Assembly: GCA_002104905.1 (NCBI GenBank)
Contig: MCFE01000297.1
Coordinates: forward strand, 1-64,000
Reading direction: 5' to 3'
Source of the DNA: Basidiobolus meristosporus CBS 931.73
Lineage: Eukaryota > Fungi > Basidiobolomycota
Length of the DNA stretch: 64,000 nt
Below, piece after piece: positions 38,147 through 53,000 of this stretch; position 1 is the stretch's first letter, and the number at the start of each line of letters is the position of its first letter. The position numbers were made by a program, and so were the translations under genes. Under the pieces are notes generated by a model. The model was not told the DNA's origin. It saw only the letters and a list, made by a program, of their open reading frames with translations, and made no database searches.

Positions 38147-41100
38147 ACAACCAGAATCCTCCTCCCTGAGGAAAGAAGCCACCCTCAAGATGTCAGCAAA
38201 TCAAAAATGGAAGTATTCTATGCAACAAATCCTGGCCAAAAAGCAACAGTTACTGCAGGTCCTTAGCTATTAGCAACAAGAAATGACTACCATGGCTCAA
38301 AGCCAGCAAAACACTGTCCAGAGCAACTATAGTGTGACAGTCAACTGGTACCATGGCAGAGTGAATGAAAACCTTGGAACCTGGCTTTTCCAGATTGAAG
38401 AAGCTTTTAAGACTAGGGGAACTTCTCCAGAAAGCAATTTGCATTATGCCACTTCCTACTTAGCAGATGCAGGTTTACAGTGGTATCACAGCAAGATCAG
38501 GTCTCCCACCATGATGGGATGCTCTACAATCTTTACCTGGGATAAGTTTGTGTTGGAAGTTCAGGATACTTTTGAACCTCCACACCAGCAGACACTACTC
38601 AGAAGGAGGTTGAAGACACTCAGACTGATTGCAGTGGTTCAAGAGTACCTCCATGAATATAAATGTCAACTGGGACAAACTGAAAGAATGGACCCCCTGA
38701 ATCAAGTTGAATACTTTATTGTTGGGTTGAAAGTAAGAACTTGCAAGGAAGGGAATTATCAAAGCCTGCAGACTATTGAGAAGCCATCAGATTGCCATTG
38801 ACTATGACTCAGCAAAGTTTGTAGTTGGGAAGCCCATTATGACTAATCCAATAGGCCACAATCACCACAAAAGAAGACAATCAGAAGCAGTGCCAGTTAA
38901 AGTAGAGTCCATGCAAAAGAATCCCACTGCAGAAGAATGCAAAAAGAAAGCACTTTGCTTTAATTGGCATTAGCAAGGACATATTGCAAGCTACTGCCCT
39001 CAGAGAAGAAATACACACCAGTCAACAAGAGCCTCCAACCATTTTGAGGCCCGTGAGCATAGTAATATGAAGGATGAACTTGAAGTAGTCTCAGTACTCA
39101 CCTTCTATATGACATAAGAATACCTGTCCCAAATGACATCAAACTTTGGAAGGCTATTATACCTTAATGGGGTAATCAACAGAGTACCAGCCAATATCAG
39201 TATTGGCTCAGGAGCATCCCATGAGTACATGTCAGAGCAATTTGCCTTCAAAGCTGGGATCAACCCAGTACTCTAAGCCTACTACCTGTCATGTGGATTA
39301 TACCATTGACACAGGAGATAGCCCTCAAGTGAGTAAGACAACCTAAAGAATGAATCAATTGGAGTTGAAAGAAATGTAAAGACAAATAGATCAACTACTG
39401 GAGTAAGGATATATCAGACCCAGTAAGTCACCTTTGGGAGCACCAGTACTTTTTGTGAAAAAGAAAGATAGAACACTTAGGATGTGCATCCAGTACCAAG
39501 CCCTTGACTCAGCTACCATGGAAAATGAGTACCCCATAGATTGGACTGATGAGCTTTTGGTCCAACTCAACAGAGCCACCATATTCAACAGGATTGATTT
39601 CATTTCAGGATACATCCAGATAATGGTGAAGCCAGAAGACATCCCAAAGACAGCATTCAGGACCAGACATGAAGATTACAAGTACTTAGTCATGAGTTTT
39701 GGCCTTTCAAATGCCCCTGCAACATTCCTGACCTCAATGCACACAGTCTTCCAGGAGTACTTGGATAGGTTTGTGGTAATCTAGCAAGATGACCTACTGA
39801 TATACAGCAAGACAGAATAGCAACACTTAGTGCACATTGAAAATGTCTTGAAGAAGCTAAGAGAGAACAAGCAGTATGGCAAGCTAGCAAAGTGTGAACT
39901 TTGAAGGAACATCTTGAGTACCTGGGACACAGAGTGACTAGCACAGGAGTTACCTTGAATCTCAAGAAGGTTGAAGTCGTTAAGAATCTGATGCAGCCCC
40001 ATGGATAGCAGAGCTCAAATCTTTCCTTGGAATGGGTTCCTATTATTGGAGATTTGTCAAGTCCTTTGCATGTATTGCAGCCCCTTTAACTGATGTTCTC
40101 AAGAAAGACAATACCATGAAGGGGGACATTGCCTTTGAGACTGCCTTTCAGACACTCAAGAATGAACTTGCTAAGCTGCAAAGCTTAAGAATCCCAGACT
40201 TCAGAAAAGAGTTTACTCTGTGCACAGATGCTTCAGACTATGTAATTAGTGGAGTACTGCGCCTAGAATACAAGGGAAAAGACTACCCAGTTGCTTTTGA
40301 GTTCAAGAAACTGAGCTCAGAAGAACAAAACCATCCAGCGCATGAGGAGATGCTTGCCATAATACATTGTTTAAAGACTAGGTGATGTAATATTGAAGGG
40401 GCCAAGTACACAATGAAGACTGATCACACCTCACTTATGTATATATTTACTCAGAAGGTACCATTTAGAAGAATGACAAGATGGTGTGAATACATTCAGC
40501 AATTTGACTTGGAGATTGTCTACTGCCCTGGGAAAAACAACATGGTTGCTGATTCTTTATCAAGACTAGAACATGTTGCACACCTCAGCTTGGCCCATAT
40601 ATCATATTGGCCTAGCTTGTTACCAAAGTACTTTGAGGACCAAGCCATTCCTGATGAGATGCATGGAGAGATCAAGATGATAATCCAAGATGAGGCCAGC
40701 AACCTTGTAGTATAGGATGAAACACTCTACCAAATTATTGAGGGAAGCCCTATTGCTTATTACCCTTATGTTGCTTGCCAGGATTTAATTCATAAGCTAT
40801 ACAATGGATATGGACATTTTGGAATTGAAGGAACCTATAGCCTTGTGAAAGCCAGAGCATGGTGGCCCAGAATGAAACAAGATATTGAGAAGCTAGTTAA
40901 AACATTCCCAGATTGCTGTATCAACCAAGGCCAACTGCAGAAAATTGCCAAACTCTATCCCCTGGAGCCTGCAAAACCATTTCAGAGATGGGGAATTGAC
41001 TTTATTGGAGGACTATCAACCACCAAGAAATGCGACCAATGGATGCTAGTAGCAATTGACCATGCCACTAAAAGCAGTGCCTGTAACTGGAGAAAAAGAA

Positions 41101-42108
41101 GTAGCAAGTTTTGTCTACCAACAGTTCCTTGTGATGTTTGGATGCCCTGTAGGGACTTTATTCAATAGAGGAGCAAACTCTATGGCAAGGACATTGGAAG
41201 CATACCTGGAAATACAGCAGATCAAAAACTTGAAATAATGGAGTCACTAAGCAGCTTAATGGATTATTTGGAAAAACGCTAACCAAGTATTCAAATGGAG
41301 CTGTCAGCAAATGGGATGAGTATATTGACCAAGCACTTTTTGCCTGCAGAGTTAGAGTTCACAACACCACCTAACAAATGCCATTTTGCTTAGTGTATGG
41401 ATGCAAACCAAGAATTCCAGGAGATCTCACACAACTAAAGCTTGCATATGCCTCAGAAGATGAGTTTGGTCAGCCAAGTAGACACCAGCACCTGGAACAA
41501 AGTCATTAAGAGGCACAGGCCAAAGTATTCACAGTGCAGAAAAGATGAAGAGATTTGATAAGGCTATTTTACCAGAAACATTGTCAGTTGGGAACTTTGT
41601 ATTACTGAGAAACAACACTTGGAGGAAGTTTGAGCCTCAACAGACAGGACCATTCAAGATGATCAACAAGTATCCATTTGCAACTTACCAACTTGTGGAC
41701 AAACAAGGGAATATCCAGGAAGATTTAGCTCATAGAGACAGACTCAAGCTTACAAAACTTGCCAAGAATATTGAACCATTAAGATATTGGTATCACAACA
41801 AAAGAAACTCAGGAAAACCCTCTCAACTCTAGTAGGGGAGAATGTTATGGTCTGCCACTTAAATGTTTAAGTTAGATCAGCTTTTAGTCAATTAGTTTTA
41901 TGTTTAGCTTATCAGTGTATTTTTGTTGTCTACCAAATCAGTGGCATTAGTGAGCAAATGTATCAGTAGATCCTTATCAGACAGAAATAGATATATTAAG
42001 TGGGATCTTACTGGGTGATGATGATGCAATCAAAATAGTCATCAGCCACAACCTAGATTAAGATATATAATCAGTCAGGATTTGATATGGCACAATGTAT
42101 ATAAGGAG

Positions 42109-43734
42109 CCCTATGAAAAATAATTTGGTCCTGTGGGTGGATCCAATCCCTGTCAGCCATCAGAATCCTGCTAAGTGACCTTCAAAGCACCAGCAGCTTG
42201 AAATTTGCAACCATCTTAACAATTTTATGATGCAATCACAACAGGGCTTTGCTAATTATACTACCAAATAAAGTTATAAAACTTGACAAGATTTGATTGG
42301 TTCTATGGTAATAATCACATGGCATTGTTGCGGTCTTATTGTGCTCTGTAACTATTTAAATGGATCCAACCAACAAGGACATCCAATTGCCCAATATGGC
42401 AAGAAACCTGATGGTATTTCCATGACCTCACAGCAAGATTCTAATGGCATTGTAATGGCAATATGGCAGCTTACAGCTAGAACTATATAATGCAACTATA
42501 CTAAGTTACCAAATGGTATTTCCTTTTTGAACCTCCCCCGGTGCAATTCATATATTCCACTGTAGGATCACCCCTCTTTATTTGCTTACCCACTACTACC
42601 TTGTGTATTCCACATAGAGCTTGAATTAAAAAAACTATGACCTCCTGCTTACTAACCTCTACAAACACGCACACCTGCTGCAATTGACAAACTTCTATCA
42701 CCTAAACTTTACAGGTTATTAGTGTGACACTTGCAAAGTTGCCATTTATCTTGTACTGCTGGTAACATATACATCTTGCAAACATTAGCTTGTTTGTTGC
42801 CACATTTGCCATGAATACCTCCAAAATATGCACAAGGAACTTCTTGGTATTTAGCCAATATATTCCTTCTCCCTGCTGGATTCTAGTCCCCATTATAGGT
42901 GCACTCTGTCTCTTGTTTGTGTGAATTCCATATTGTATAATGTAGAGTTTGGCTTGTGACCAAGAGAAATTTGACATATCTTAGTAGAGTTTTCCTAATA
43001 AAAGTTAGATGCTTTGTGCACCCAGCCCAACTTTGCATTACTTAACTAATACCCATGCATTGGGGCTGCTTAGCTTCTTAATGCCATAGGCATAGGTGTC
43101 TCCATGTGCACCTCTGTCCTCAGTGTTTTCCAACTCTTCCTGACTGTCCTCTATGTGCCAACTCATCACATCTATAATGGACTTGGAGGTAACAATCTTG
43201 ATGAGATTGGGATATAGTAGTACCTTCAACTTGACTTGTCTTCCTATCTCCCCCACATCCACTTAGTACAAAACTCCCAAAAGATGAAGCAAAGCCCAAT
43301 GTTATCCGCAAACCATGCAAGATCAAGTAAAGAATGGATACAGTAGTGGCAGAGATCTACATGTTCAGCTATATCTTTAGGTATAGCCGCTCAATTCCTG
43401 TCACAAACTCCTTGCACAACAGCTGTAGATGTGTCATATTGGCATTAGTGCTCTGTTTATGGATAAATATTCCTACAATTCCCACATATAGCTCCCAACG
43501 CTTCCAATGTACTCTTGGTAGGAATGGCTTCAGAATGCCACTTTAATAAATACATATCCAGTTCATCCAGTCTTTGCGCTGGTATTGTTGCATATGTATA
43601 TGAATATTGATTGGAGCCTGTGAGAAGTATTTAGAGTAGCAAATACTCTGTAATATCTTGCCAATTTTTTTAAATTTCTCCGGTATCTCAAAGGGCTCAT
43701 TTAACTTGATGGCCATTTACTGTTATCCTGCTGG
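42109..43734 (-). mobile_element. CMC transposon copy D (transposase-side TIR and C-terminal transposase region) inserted in the B1 3' LTR
   Basis: Starts CCCTATGAAAAATAATTTGG; colinear homology with 8099-9730; interrupts the LTR at ataaggag. Confidence 0.85.
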
Positions 43735-46225
43735 TGTTATGATCTGCCACTTGAATGTTTAAGTTGGATCAGTTTTTAGCCAAATCAATTAGTTATTTGT
43801 TTAGTTTATCAGTATATCAGTATTATCTATCAGATTTGTTGCATTACTCAGCAAATGAATCAGCAGATCTATATTGGACAGAAATAGATATATCAGGTAG
43901 AATCTTATTGGGTGATGATGATGCAATCAAATGAGTCATTAGCCACAGCCTACATTAGGAAATAGAATTAGTCAGTAATTGATCTGGCAAAATGTATATA
44001 AGGAGCTGCTGGAATCTCAATAAATATCAGTTCAAGTTTTAGTGAATACAATACTAGCTAAACTCGCTATTCCTGTACAACTCTAATACCAAGACTTGTA
44101 ACATTGGTGGCAGCAATAACCAGAAACATCCCTCCTGAAGAAAGAAGAAGCCTCCCTCATGATCTCCAAAAATCAAGAATGGAAGAATGCTGTATAACAA
44201 ATCCTGGCCCAGCAGCAACAGTTACTCCAGATCCTTAGCCAGCTGCAGCAAGGAATGACTACCATGGCCCAAAGCCAGCAAAACCCTGTCAAGAGCCACT
44301 TTGGTGTGAAGGTCAACCTGGAACTTGGCTCTTCCAGATTGAAGAAGCTTTCAAGGCTAAGGGAATTGTTCCAGAAAGCAATATACATTATGCAGCCTCT
44401 TACCTGGCAGACACAGCTTTACAGTGGTGCTACAACAAGATCAGGTCAGCCACCACAATAGGATGTTCTACAATCTCTACCTGGGATGAGTTTGTGTCAG
44501 AAATTCAGGATACCTTTGAGCCCCCACACCAACAGACACTACTAAGAAGAAAGTTAAAGACACTCAGACAGAAAGGAATGGCCCAAGAGTATATCTATGA
44601 ATATAGATGTCTACTTGGGCAAATTGAAAGAATGGACCCTCTGGATCAAGTTGAATACTCTATTGATGGGTTGAAAGAAAGAATTTGTAAGGAAGTGAAT
44701 TATCAAAGACCTCAGACTATTGAAAAAGCCATCAAGATTGCCATTGACTATTACTCAGCTATGTTTGATGTTGGGAAGCCTACAATGACTAATCAGAGAG
44801 GCTACAATCACTATGAAAGAAGACAATCAGAAGCAGCGCCAAAGGAAATAGATGCTATGCAGATGAACCCTACCTCAGAGGAATGTAAGAAGAAAGGACT
44901 TTGCTTCAACTGCCACCAGCAGGGACATATTGCAAAGTACTGCCCTCTGAGAAGAAATGGACACCAGCCATCAAGAACCTTTAACCATATTGAGGCCATG
45001 GAGCATAGTAACATGGAGGACAAACTTGAAGAAGACTCAGAACTCACCTTCCATATGACAGAAGAATACCTATCCCAGGTGACCTCAAACTCAGGAAAGC
45101 TATTGTACTTGAATGGAATAATTGATGAAGCACCTGCCAAGATCATGATAGACTCAGGAGCATTGCATGAGTACTTGTCAGAGCAATTTGCTTTGAAAGC
45201 TGTAATCAACTTGGAACCCACCAAATCAACTTCAGTCTCAACAGCTGATGGGAGCTCTCACATAATCAACTGTATTACTCAGCCAGTAAGGATGAAGATC
45301 AATGACTATGAAGAAGAGCTACAAGCCTATATATTTGGGAACTGTAAGTTTGACCTTGTACTTGGGAAAGCCTGGCTATTTTGTTGTAATCCATCAATCA
45401 ATTGGAGAACCCATGCAACTCAGATTCAGAAGGACAACAAGACTTATGAGCTATTACCTGCCAGACTGGATTTTAACTTGGTCAATTCCAGTGTGTGTTA
45501 AACAAGTGAACTTAGCACAACATAGTTCTATAGAGCACTAAGAAAAGGCACCCAGATGTTTCTCATGGTAGTATTACAGGAGGATTCCTCTACTCCAGTA
45601 CCCCAGAAGGTCCAGACTCTTCTGAAAAGTATTCAGACATATTTCCAGAAGAGCTTGTAAGCCTACCACCAATCAGAGAGGTGGATCATACAATTGAAAC
45701 AGGAGATAGCCCTCCAGTTAGTAAGACACCTTACAGAATAAGTCCATTGGAGTTGGAAGAGGTGAAGAGACAAATAGATCAGTTACTGGAGCAAGGATGT
45801 ATCAGACCCAGTAAGTCACCTTGGGGAGCACCAGCACTTTTATGAAGTAGAAGGATGGAACACTTAGGATGTGCATTGACTACAGAGCCCTGAACTCAGT
45901 TACCGTCAAGAATAAGTACCCCATACCTTGGATTGAGGAGCTTTTAGACCAACTCAATGGAGCCACTATTTTCAGCAAGATTGACCTCATGTCAGGATAC
46001 AACCAGATTAGGGTGAAACCAGAAGATATCCCTAAGACAGCATTCAGGATCAGATATGGACATTATGAGTACTTAGTCATGAGTTTTGGCCTCACTAATG
46101 CCCCTGCAACATTCATGACGCTGATGCAGACTGTCTTTCAGGAGTACTTAGACAAGTTTGTGATAATCTACCTGGATGACATATTGTTATACAGCAAGAC
46201 AGAAGAGGATCATTGTCATAAAGCT
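43735..46225 (+). mobile_element. Ty3/Gypsy family B element B2, 5' half only (LTR 43735-44103, gag-PR ORF 44494-45501, RT up to YLDD)
   Basis: TGTTATGATC...GACTTGTAACA LTR; CFNCHQQGHIAKYC; IDSGA; [12 protein letters not shown]; YLDDIL; truncated after RT. Confidence 0.92.
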
Positions 46226-46659
46226 GGTCAATAATCTCAGAGGTATTATGATGGGAATTCTCCGCATATACAAAGTAGCTGCTCTTGATCCACTTTTCAG
46301 TTTTGCCATCATATTCCCATTGCCCTTTTGTATCCGCACAACATACAAAATGATTTTCTTTTACTTCTTTCATCCCAGCATTGAGCATATTCTGTAAATA
46401 TTATGATAGAAAACATCACTGCCAAAGATTCAGAGGTGCTGCAGGTCTGTTTTTGAGCTTGTGTAAGCTTTGAAGGGTGAAAATTCATACAGTGCCATTA
46501 TGGATGTATACAGTGTCAGCAACTGATTGAGCCCTACACCTGCAGTCCACACCCTTATCATGTAAATCTTCTCATCCATACTATTGCACTATTTGCCTAT
46601 TTCACTACTCTATTTTGTTGTGGAATATATGGAATAGCGGTGTGTTTGATATGAGCTAC

Positions 46660-46980
46660 CATCAGAATGTTTAACTGAGATCAGTTTTTAGTCAAATTAG
46701 TGGGTTTGAGGCTTAACCTATTTGCTGATCAGTGTTATCAATCAAATCAGTTGTATTAGTTGTCAGATGAATTAGCAGACCCTTAGCAGACAGATATAGA
46801 TATATTAAGAAAGATACAATAGGCTGATGAGGATACAATCATATGTGTTATCAGCTATAATCTGTATTAGGAAATCAATGGGTCACAAATTGATCTGGCT
46901 AACTATGTAAGAAAGCTGCTGGGACCCCAATAAAAATCAGTTTGAGTTTTAGTAAATACAATATTGGCTAAACTCAAAAA
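46660..46980 (+). repeat. Diverged family-B LTR fragment
   Basis: Homology to 41850-42108 (aatgtttaa..gatcagttttagtc..agatatattaag..ccccaataaaaatcagttt); ends approximate. Confidence 0.7.
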
Positions 46981-48884
46981 AAGGAGGGTTTTTTTACAAA
47001 GAGGGGCAAGGTGGCAAAGTGTGATAAGAAATGTGGTAAAAGATAGGAAAATTGTGCTCATAAAATATGGTAAAAAATGCATAATTTTGAGTTAAGAGAG
47101 ATACAAAAGTTGGCTGGATATAGTATGGAAGAGGAGGGGGTATTAGAGATAGGTAAATTCCATGAACTCCTGATGCTCTGCCTAGCTTGTTTGCCACTTC
47201 AATGTCACCTACACAAACTCAAATTAATTTGGATGAAGTAATTGCAACCAAAAATAAGTTAATTTTTTGCCAATTGGTTCATTTGCTCTATACAAATGTA
47301 TACTAGTCTCCAGTGCACATCTTCAAGTCAGTATTATCAGTTTCAGCACCTTTGATATTCTCAAGTATAATGATCCTGCATTGTAACTTGCTTACAGTGT
47401 GATCCCTTTTACACAAAGCTAAGTTTGGTCCATAACCACTCAGAATTGAGGAGCTGAGATTTGTAAGCACAAATTTAGTCCCTGAGTAGTTTCTTTACTC
47501 ACTATGAGTAGCCTTTAGCTATTTCACTCCGTAGTTGCTGTTCACAGCACCGGGCCGGTTCTGGGCTACAGCAGTCATATCTTGTTGCTGCTGGCTAAGC
47601 ATCTGGAGTAGCCAAATCATCTTCACCCAATTTGATCTTGCTCAGTATATCCCTATTAGTGTGATAAGAACATGCTGACTCATCCGCTAATTAACACTAC
47701 TTATTTATAGAATACATAGGTATATTGATAGGCCCAACATACAACTACTAATTGACAAAAGACTGATGCTGCTTAGATAGCCAAGTTGCTGTTTGTAACA
47801 AGGATACTCCATATCTAAAGCATATTACTGCTATCCAAGAGCCAGCACTGAGTACACCTCAAGTGTTGAAGATGATTAAGTTATCAGCAATACAACTGGC
47901 TTTTTTAGGCACAATAAATGGTAATACTCTGACATTTGTGAGATCCAGAGTACTTGGCCACTATCTGCAGCACATTGTTTGTATTCAAACACTGATACTG
48001 ACAATGCCATCTTTCCATAGAAAAACTGATCAGAAATTTCATGCAATTGCAATCAAGCTGGAGAGTCATCATTTAGTAGCAAGAATACTCAATTAGTCAA
48101 TAATTGGGAATCTTGAGATGGAAGTATTTGGCTCACCATATAGGTCTCTGCAACCACTGTATCCATTCCCAACTCCATTTTGTTTGGCATGCAGTGAAAT
48201 TGCAAGAACTGCTAACTTGCAACTGGCTCCATATGCCAATATCATGAATTTTATTACCTTAAGGCTAATATGATTACAAAGAGTTAGCTTTTAGGGGATA
48301 CTTAGGACATGCCAGAGCTGTGGAGGTAGGGACACAACTACCTCTGATACCAAGGAGCTAAGTGGTCCTGGGGTTGTTGTAATTAGTCACATAAGTATGT
48401 TAGATATCACCAAGGCAAAGTCAATTTTGTCATCTTCTAAAACCAATTTCAGATGAAGTGAACAAAAGGGCACATAGGAATGAAACTGTGATCCAGGGGA
48501 AGAAGAAAAGTTGTCTTGGTACTCCACAGTGCTTTACAGAGACTCTAAAAGTGCACATTGCTATAGTGGCTGCAACTAAGCATATAACGCCAGATTAATA
48601 TGTAAACAGCAATACCAGACATGGGGCAGCTTTACAAAAACACAATGAGAGGTTGTATGGCCAATGTGACAGGAGTTTTGCACCTGCAGCAGATATGCAT
48701 ATATGTAGTGGTTAGTTATTTGTGGCCTTTGTACTTATTAATTGAACTATATATCAAAAACCAATGTGCTTTGTCAATAGAAAAGTGGTGGTTTTTGTTT
48801 CATCTAGATTGCATTCTTGAGAGCCTTGCATTCTCTGTCACAACTCTGGATATAAGAGTTGTAAAATAAAAGAGATTTAGATAG

Positions 48885-49110
48885 TATTAAATTTGCTAAA
48901 ACATCAACTGATTGTTATTGAGGTTCCAGCAGCTCCTTAAATACATCATGCCACATCAGTTCCTGATTAATTATTTTCCTGATATAAGTTGTGGCTAATG
49001 ACTTATTTCCATGCAGCATCATCACCGAATTAGATCCCACTCAATATATCTATTTCTGAGTGATAAGGATCTGCTGATTAATACTACTAATTTAATAGAT
49101 AACACTGTTC
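48885..49110 (-). repeat. Family-B LTR fragment, reverse orientation
   Basis: cagcagctcctta..catcatcacc..gatcccac..atatatctatttct is the reverse complement of the family-B LTR core. Confidence 0.65.
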
Positions 49111-49126
49111 AAATATTAGAGAGGTA

Positions 49127-52100
49127 TGTTGGAACTGAAATGGATAATTAGAAGACTTACATGATATTTACTTGTTGATTTATGGAGTTGCAACACAGTA
49201 TTTTTACTTATTGCAGAACTACATGAAATAACTACTTGTTCATTACTAGGGAGTCTCATCAGTACATGTGCTGAGTTTCAGCTTATTTTGACAAGTTTCA
49301 GATTTTCCTAAAATTTGGAACTTCACTAATTTCTGATAATTTGAAAATTTCTCACAAACTAATTTCTAGGTTGATACTTGGAAATATGCCATTTAAATAG
49401 GTGCTAGTTCATAATATACTAATAACTAGGTGGACTGCTAATAACTTTAACACTCCCACTCACATAATTTATTCCTGTACTTTTGAACTTGCTATGGTGT
49501 TGTGTACCTTGTGGTTGAAATTAAACCTTCAATTGTCCATTGTACCTATTGGACTGATGTTTTCTCCAATATATGTTAAGGATTGCATATTGTTTGTAAT
49601 AACCAAGCATAAGTCCATATTGTTAATTAAATACCTCAGATCAAATTACTTCAGGTCTCAATACTGATCCCATCACACAATATCTCCTGATGAGTATTAT
49701 CCACTTGATTGGAGGAAACCTTTGAGATACTGATTGTATCCCACCGTGCTTTCTATTGTTAGATAGCTACATTCTCAAGCTCTCTGTTGTCCCTTACTTG
49801 AGTAAAAGTGGTCAATCATTGGTGAACTCAAGGTGAGGTCTTCTCTCCAGTAGATCTGGATCATTCACAGTTCCAGTAAATTGTAAAATTCACTTAGACT
49901 ATCCTCCATATATCCATAAATGGATCCAGATAATAGGTTTTCTCATATACACCATATATGATCTGCTGAGACCAACAAATGTTCAGCATTGTAGTTGCTT
50001 TTATTCTTCACTGGGTGATCAAGTATTTCCTCCTCAAGACTAGAGCTTTGAATGGTATCTAGCCTAGGTTTTCTTCATTCCATATCTGGTATATTGTACT
50101 CCCACTGAAGCTACATCATCTGGTGCTTCCTGCCTTGTAAAACTGACTTAGATAGATTATATACATCCTTCTGATCTAGACATAACCTTCTTGAACCAAT
50201 ATTTTAGTCACAGCACTCAGATCTTCCGCTTACATCTTGATAGGCTGATTTGGTATATCAGAGCACCATAGCCTGAGTGTTATCTATTCATGGAGGCTTC
50301 ATCCTAAAAAGGATGGATCTTTTCACATATACCATTGAACTTAACCCTTACAACTGGATCAGGCACTTTCCAATTGTGTAAGTCTTCCATAACAGCCCTG
50401 ATAAGCAACTGTTACTTTTGATAAAATATTACAGCATAGAGCTTGACTGACAGTGCTAATGGGCAGGCCCATGATCTTCTGCACCCATTATGATCCTTAG
50501 GTTGGCCCTTGATACCACTGTTCTAGCTCCAACTGCAAGGAAGTTGACTTCATTATTCAGAGTAATTGTGACATTGCCTGTGAGTATGTAGGCTCCCTTG
50601 GACAACTCTGCTGCTTTCTCAAGCCTTAGTACACCATTACCCTTTTGGGATAGGATTGCTGGATCCTATCTGGTGTTCTAGATAGTCCAAATCTGGCTTT
50701 GGTATCACCTAACTCCACTTAGAAACTGAAAACCTATTGGCAATAGGTTTTTGTTCCATAACTGGTCATAAGGATGCATGTTGCTGTATTTTCCTTTTTG
50801 GTCTAGATCTGGATCATGCAAGTAGCATATCCACAGTTTGTCAGATTCTCTAGAGTGCTTAGGAGCCTCCTGTCTTCAAAGCACATTTATTCTGGGATGT
50901 TTCACTCAAATCAGTGATCCATTTAGATCTGTCATGACTTTCCTCAGGCTTGATCAAATTTGATTAACTTAACTTCCTTAAAAAGGCATTTCTCTCAGTA
51001 TGTTGGTAGCAGATCTCATCATTGTAGCTTGACCGGTAGCTGGAAGCTGTAAGTAAGTTGATCTGATTATATTAGCAAGATTAGCATCACATCTATGTTA
51101 ATATGGATGATTTTTTATCTCTGTATGTATGATATATGTACTAGTGTAGGGCAACTAGAATACTCCTTAATAGTGCTTCATATATATTCTATAGTGTATA
51201 TAGAGACTATATGCATATACTTTGGTTAAGATCTCTAGTAGCACTTTTTTTGATGGTAGTAGAAATTCCATGTTTAGACATATATGGGTATATCTCCTCC
51301 CACTGTTTCTGATACCTAATTTAGACCAGTAGCTTGTCTTATTAGTGTCTCACAGATCCTCAGGATTATTGGTACTGAGATAGTACCACTGGTATACATG
51401 TGTACCACTCCTAAGTTAACATGTCTTGGATCAATGAACTTTAGCCAAATATATATATATTATATTATACATCATTCTGATCCTCAGAGTTTAGGCAAGC
51501 TGATCCATATATCTGTCTGCATATCCAACTCCAAACTAGGGCAGCAGGTAGCTCCAAAGTGTTTGCACTTCATTTCATCCCATGTGGCTACAGACTTGTG
51601 TAAATTCACTGCAACAATGCAAGTACTTCATTGACTGAAATAGTCTAATCCAAGCCCAGGTATATGTAAATCTTCATTATAGCTCCTCTATATTATGATA
51701 GTAGGAATCAAAATATTAATACATTTACCATGTGACAAGCCTTCTGCACATTTCATAAATTGAAGTTTGTCCAACATGACCTCCTTGACATATGACCTTT
51801 TTCATTGCTTAGTGTCTTCTTTAAGAGTCAAGGCTTCTCTCTCCCTAACAACATAGCCCATATAGCAATTCTTTGCAGTGGCAGTACTTTTTTATCTTTT
51901 GTAACTTCAGGTAGACAAGGCAGTCTTTGTCTAGAGTAAAGAGACATCACTAGAGCAATGTAGACACCCAAGATATAGCAAGTGTGGGGCTGATAGCTGG
52001 TTGAAACACTGGAGAGATAAATTGGAAGTAAAATGGATAATTAGAAGATTTACATGATATTCACTTGTTGATATATTGAGTTGCAACACAGTATTTATAC

Positions 52101-52347
52101 ATATTGCAGAGCTACATAAATGCAACTACTTGTTAATAATTAGAGGAGCATCAGGAGGGTATGTGCAAAGTTTCAGCTTGTTTTGACAAGTTTCAGATTT
52201 TCCTAAAATTCTGTACTTCACTAATTTCTAATAATTTGCAAATATCTTGCAAGCTAATTTCTAAGTTGATATTTGGAAATATGGCACTCAGCAAAGTGCT
52301 AGTTCATAATATATTAAGAATTAGGTGGACTCCTAATTATTTCAACA
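49127..52347. mobile_element. Old LTR-like pair (49127-49452 and about 52020-52347) enclosing very decayed minus-strand gag/protease-like sequence
   Basis: ~330-bp diverged direct repeats, the first bounded by TGTT...AACA; weak KHSRE(C) knuckle-like and VKFNGI protease-like pieces inside; no TSD. Confidence 0.45.
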
Positions 52348-52439
52348 AACACTTTTATATGGATAGGCTCAACATCTAACTCATTGATTAAACTAAAACT
52401 AATCTAACTCAAATATTCAAGCAGTAGATCATAGCATCT

Positions 52440-53000
52440 TTGCAGATGTCATACTGACCAAAGTCAAGATATCCAGCAGCACAGGGAATTCAAGGGAAGT
52501 CTTAGAATCTGTAAACTTGTAATAGGCATGTGAAGATTCTTGAAAGAGAAGCTCTCTCTTCATTTTTCAGCTTTGCAAGCTATATGTATTAAATTTCCGA
52601 ATGATCAAAGTTCTTGAGTAAGTGCCTTAGCAAAGCATATGATATATTGCTACAATTGTGCAATGATGCAGACTTGTCATAGGTGCAGTGCCTGTGTACA
52701 ATGCATTTAATTTGACTGACAAGATGAAGTGTTAGATGGAATGGAAGTAACAATTCCAAACCTAGCACTTAGTGCTGATAACTTTCATTATAAACTTTTT
52801 TCATCAAAATTCCTCAAGTACGGCTTCAAATGATTGACATTAAGCAGCTTTGTATGAGGCTATATTCTAGGATAGACTGATTAACATTATTTTATGCTTT
52901 TGTGCCTTGAAGTATTAAATTTTTGAACTTACCCTTGTATGTTACCATAGCAAATGGTAAAAAAAAATCATTGCAAAATTGGTCTTGATATATTGTATTA
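52440..53000 (+). repeat. Second copy of unclassified repeat family F
   Basis: gggaagtctta..aaacttgt..tttttcagct..gatcaaagtt..gatgcaga..cataggtgcag shared with about 31760-32200. Confidence 0.6.

Larger units (their letters stand above)
37043..42108 (+). mobile_element. Ty3/Gypsy family B element B1, decayed (5' LTR remnant 37043-38134; gag-pol about 38283-41832; 3' LTR from 41843, cut at 42108)
   Basis: Retrotrans_gag (LGTWLFQIEEAF), [57 protein letters not shown]; PPT AGTAGGGGAGAA; multiple stops and deletions. Confidence 0.92.

Noticed and set aside
47549-47559. CpG-rich palindrome ACCGG-G-CCGGT in otherwise CpG-poor DNA, possibly a hAT end
   Set aside because: Only 5-bp arms; no partner end or 8-bp TSD found.
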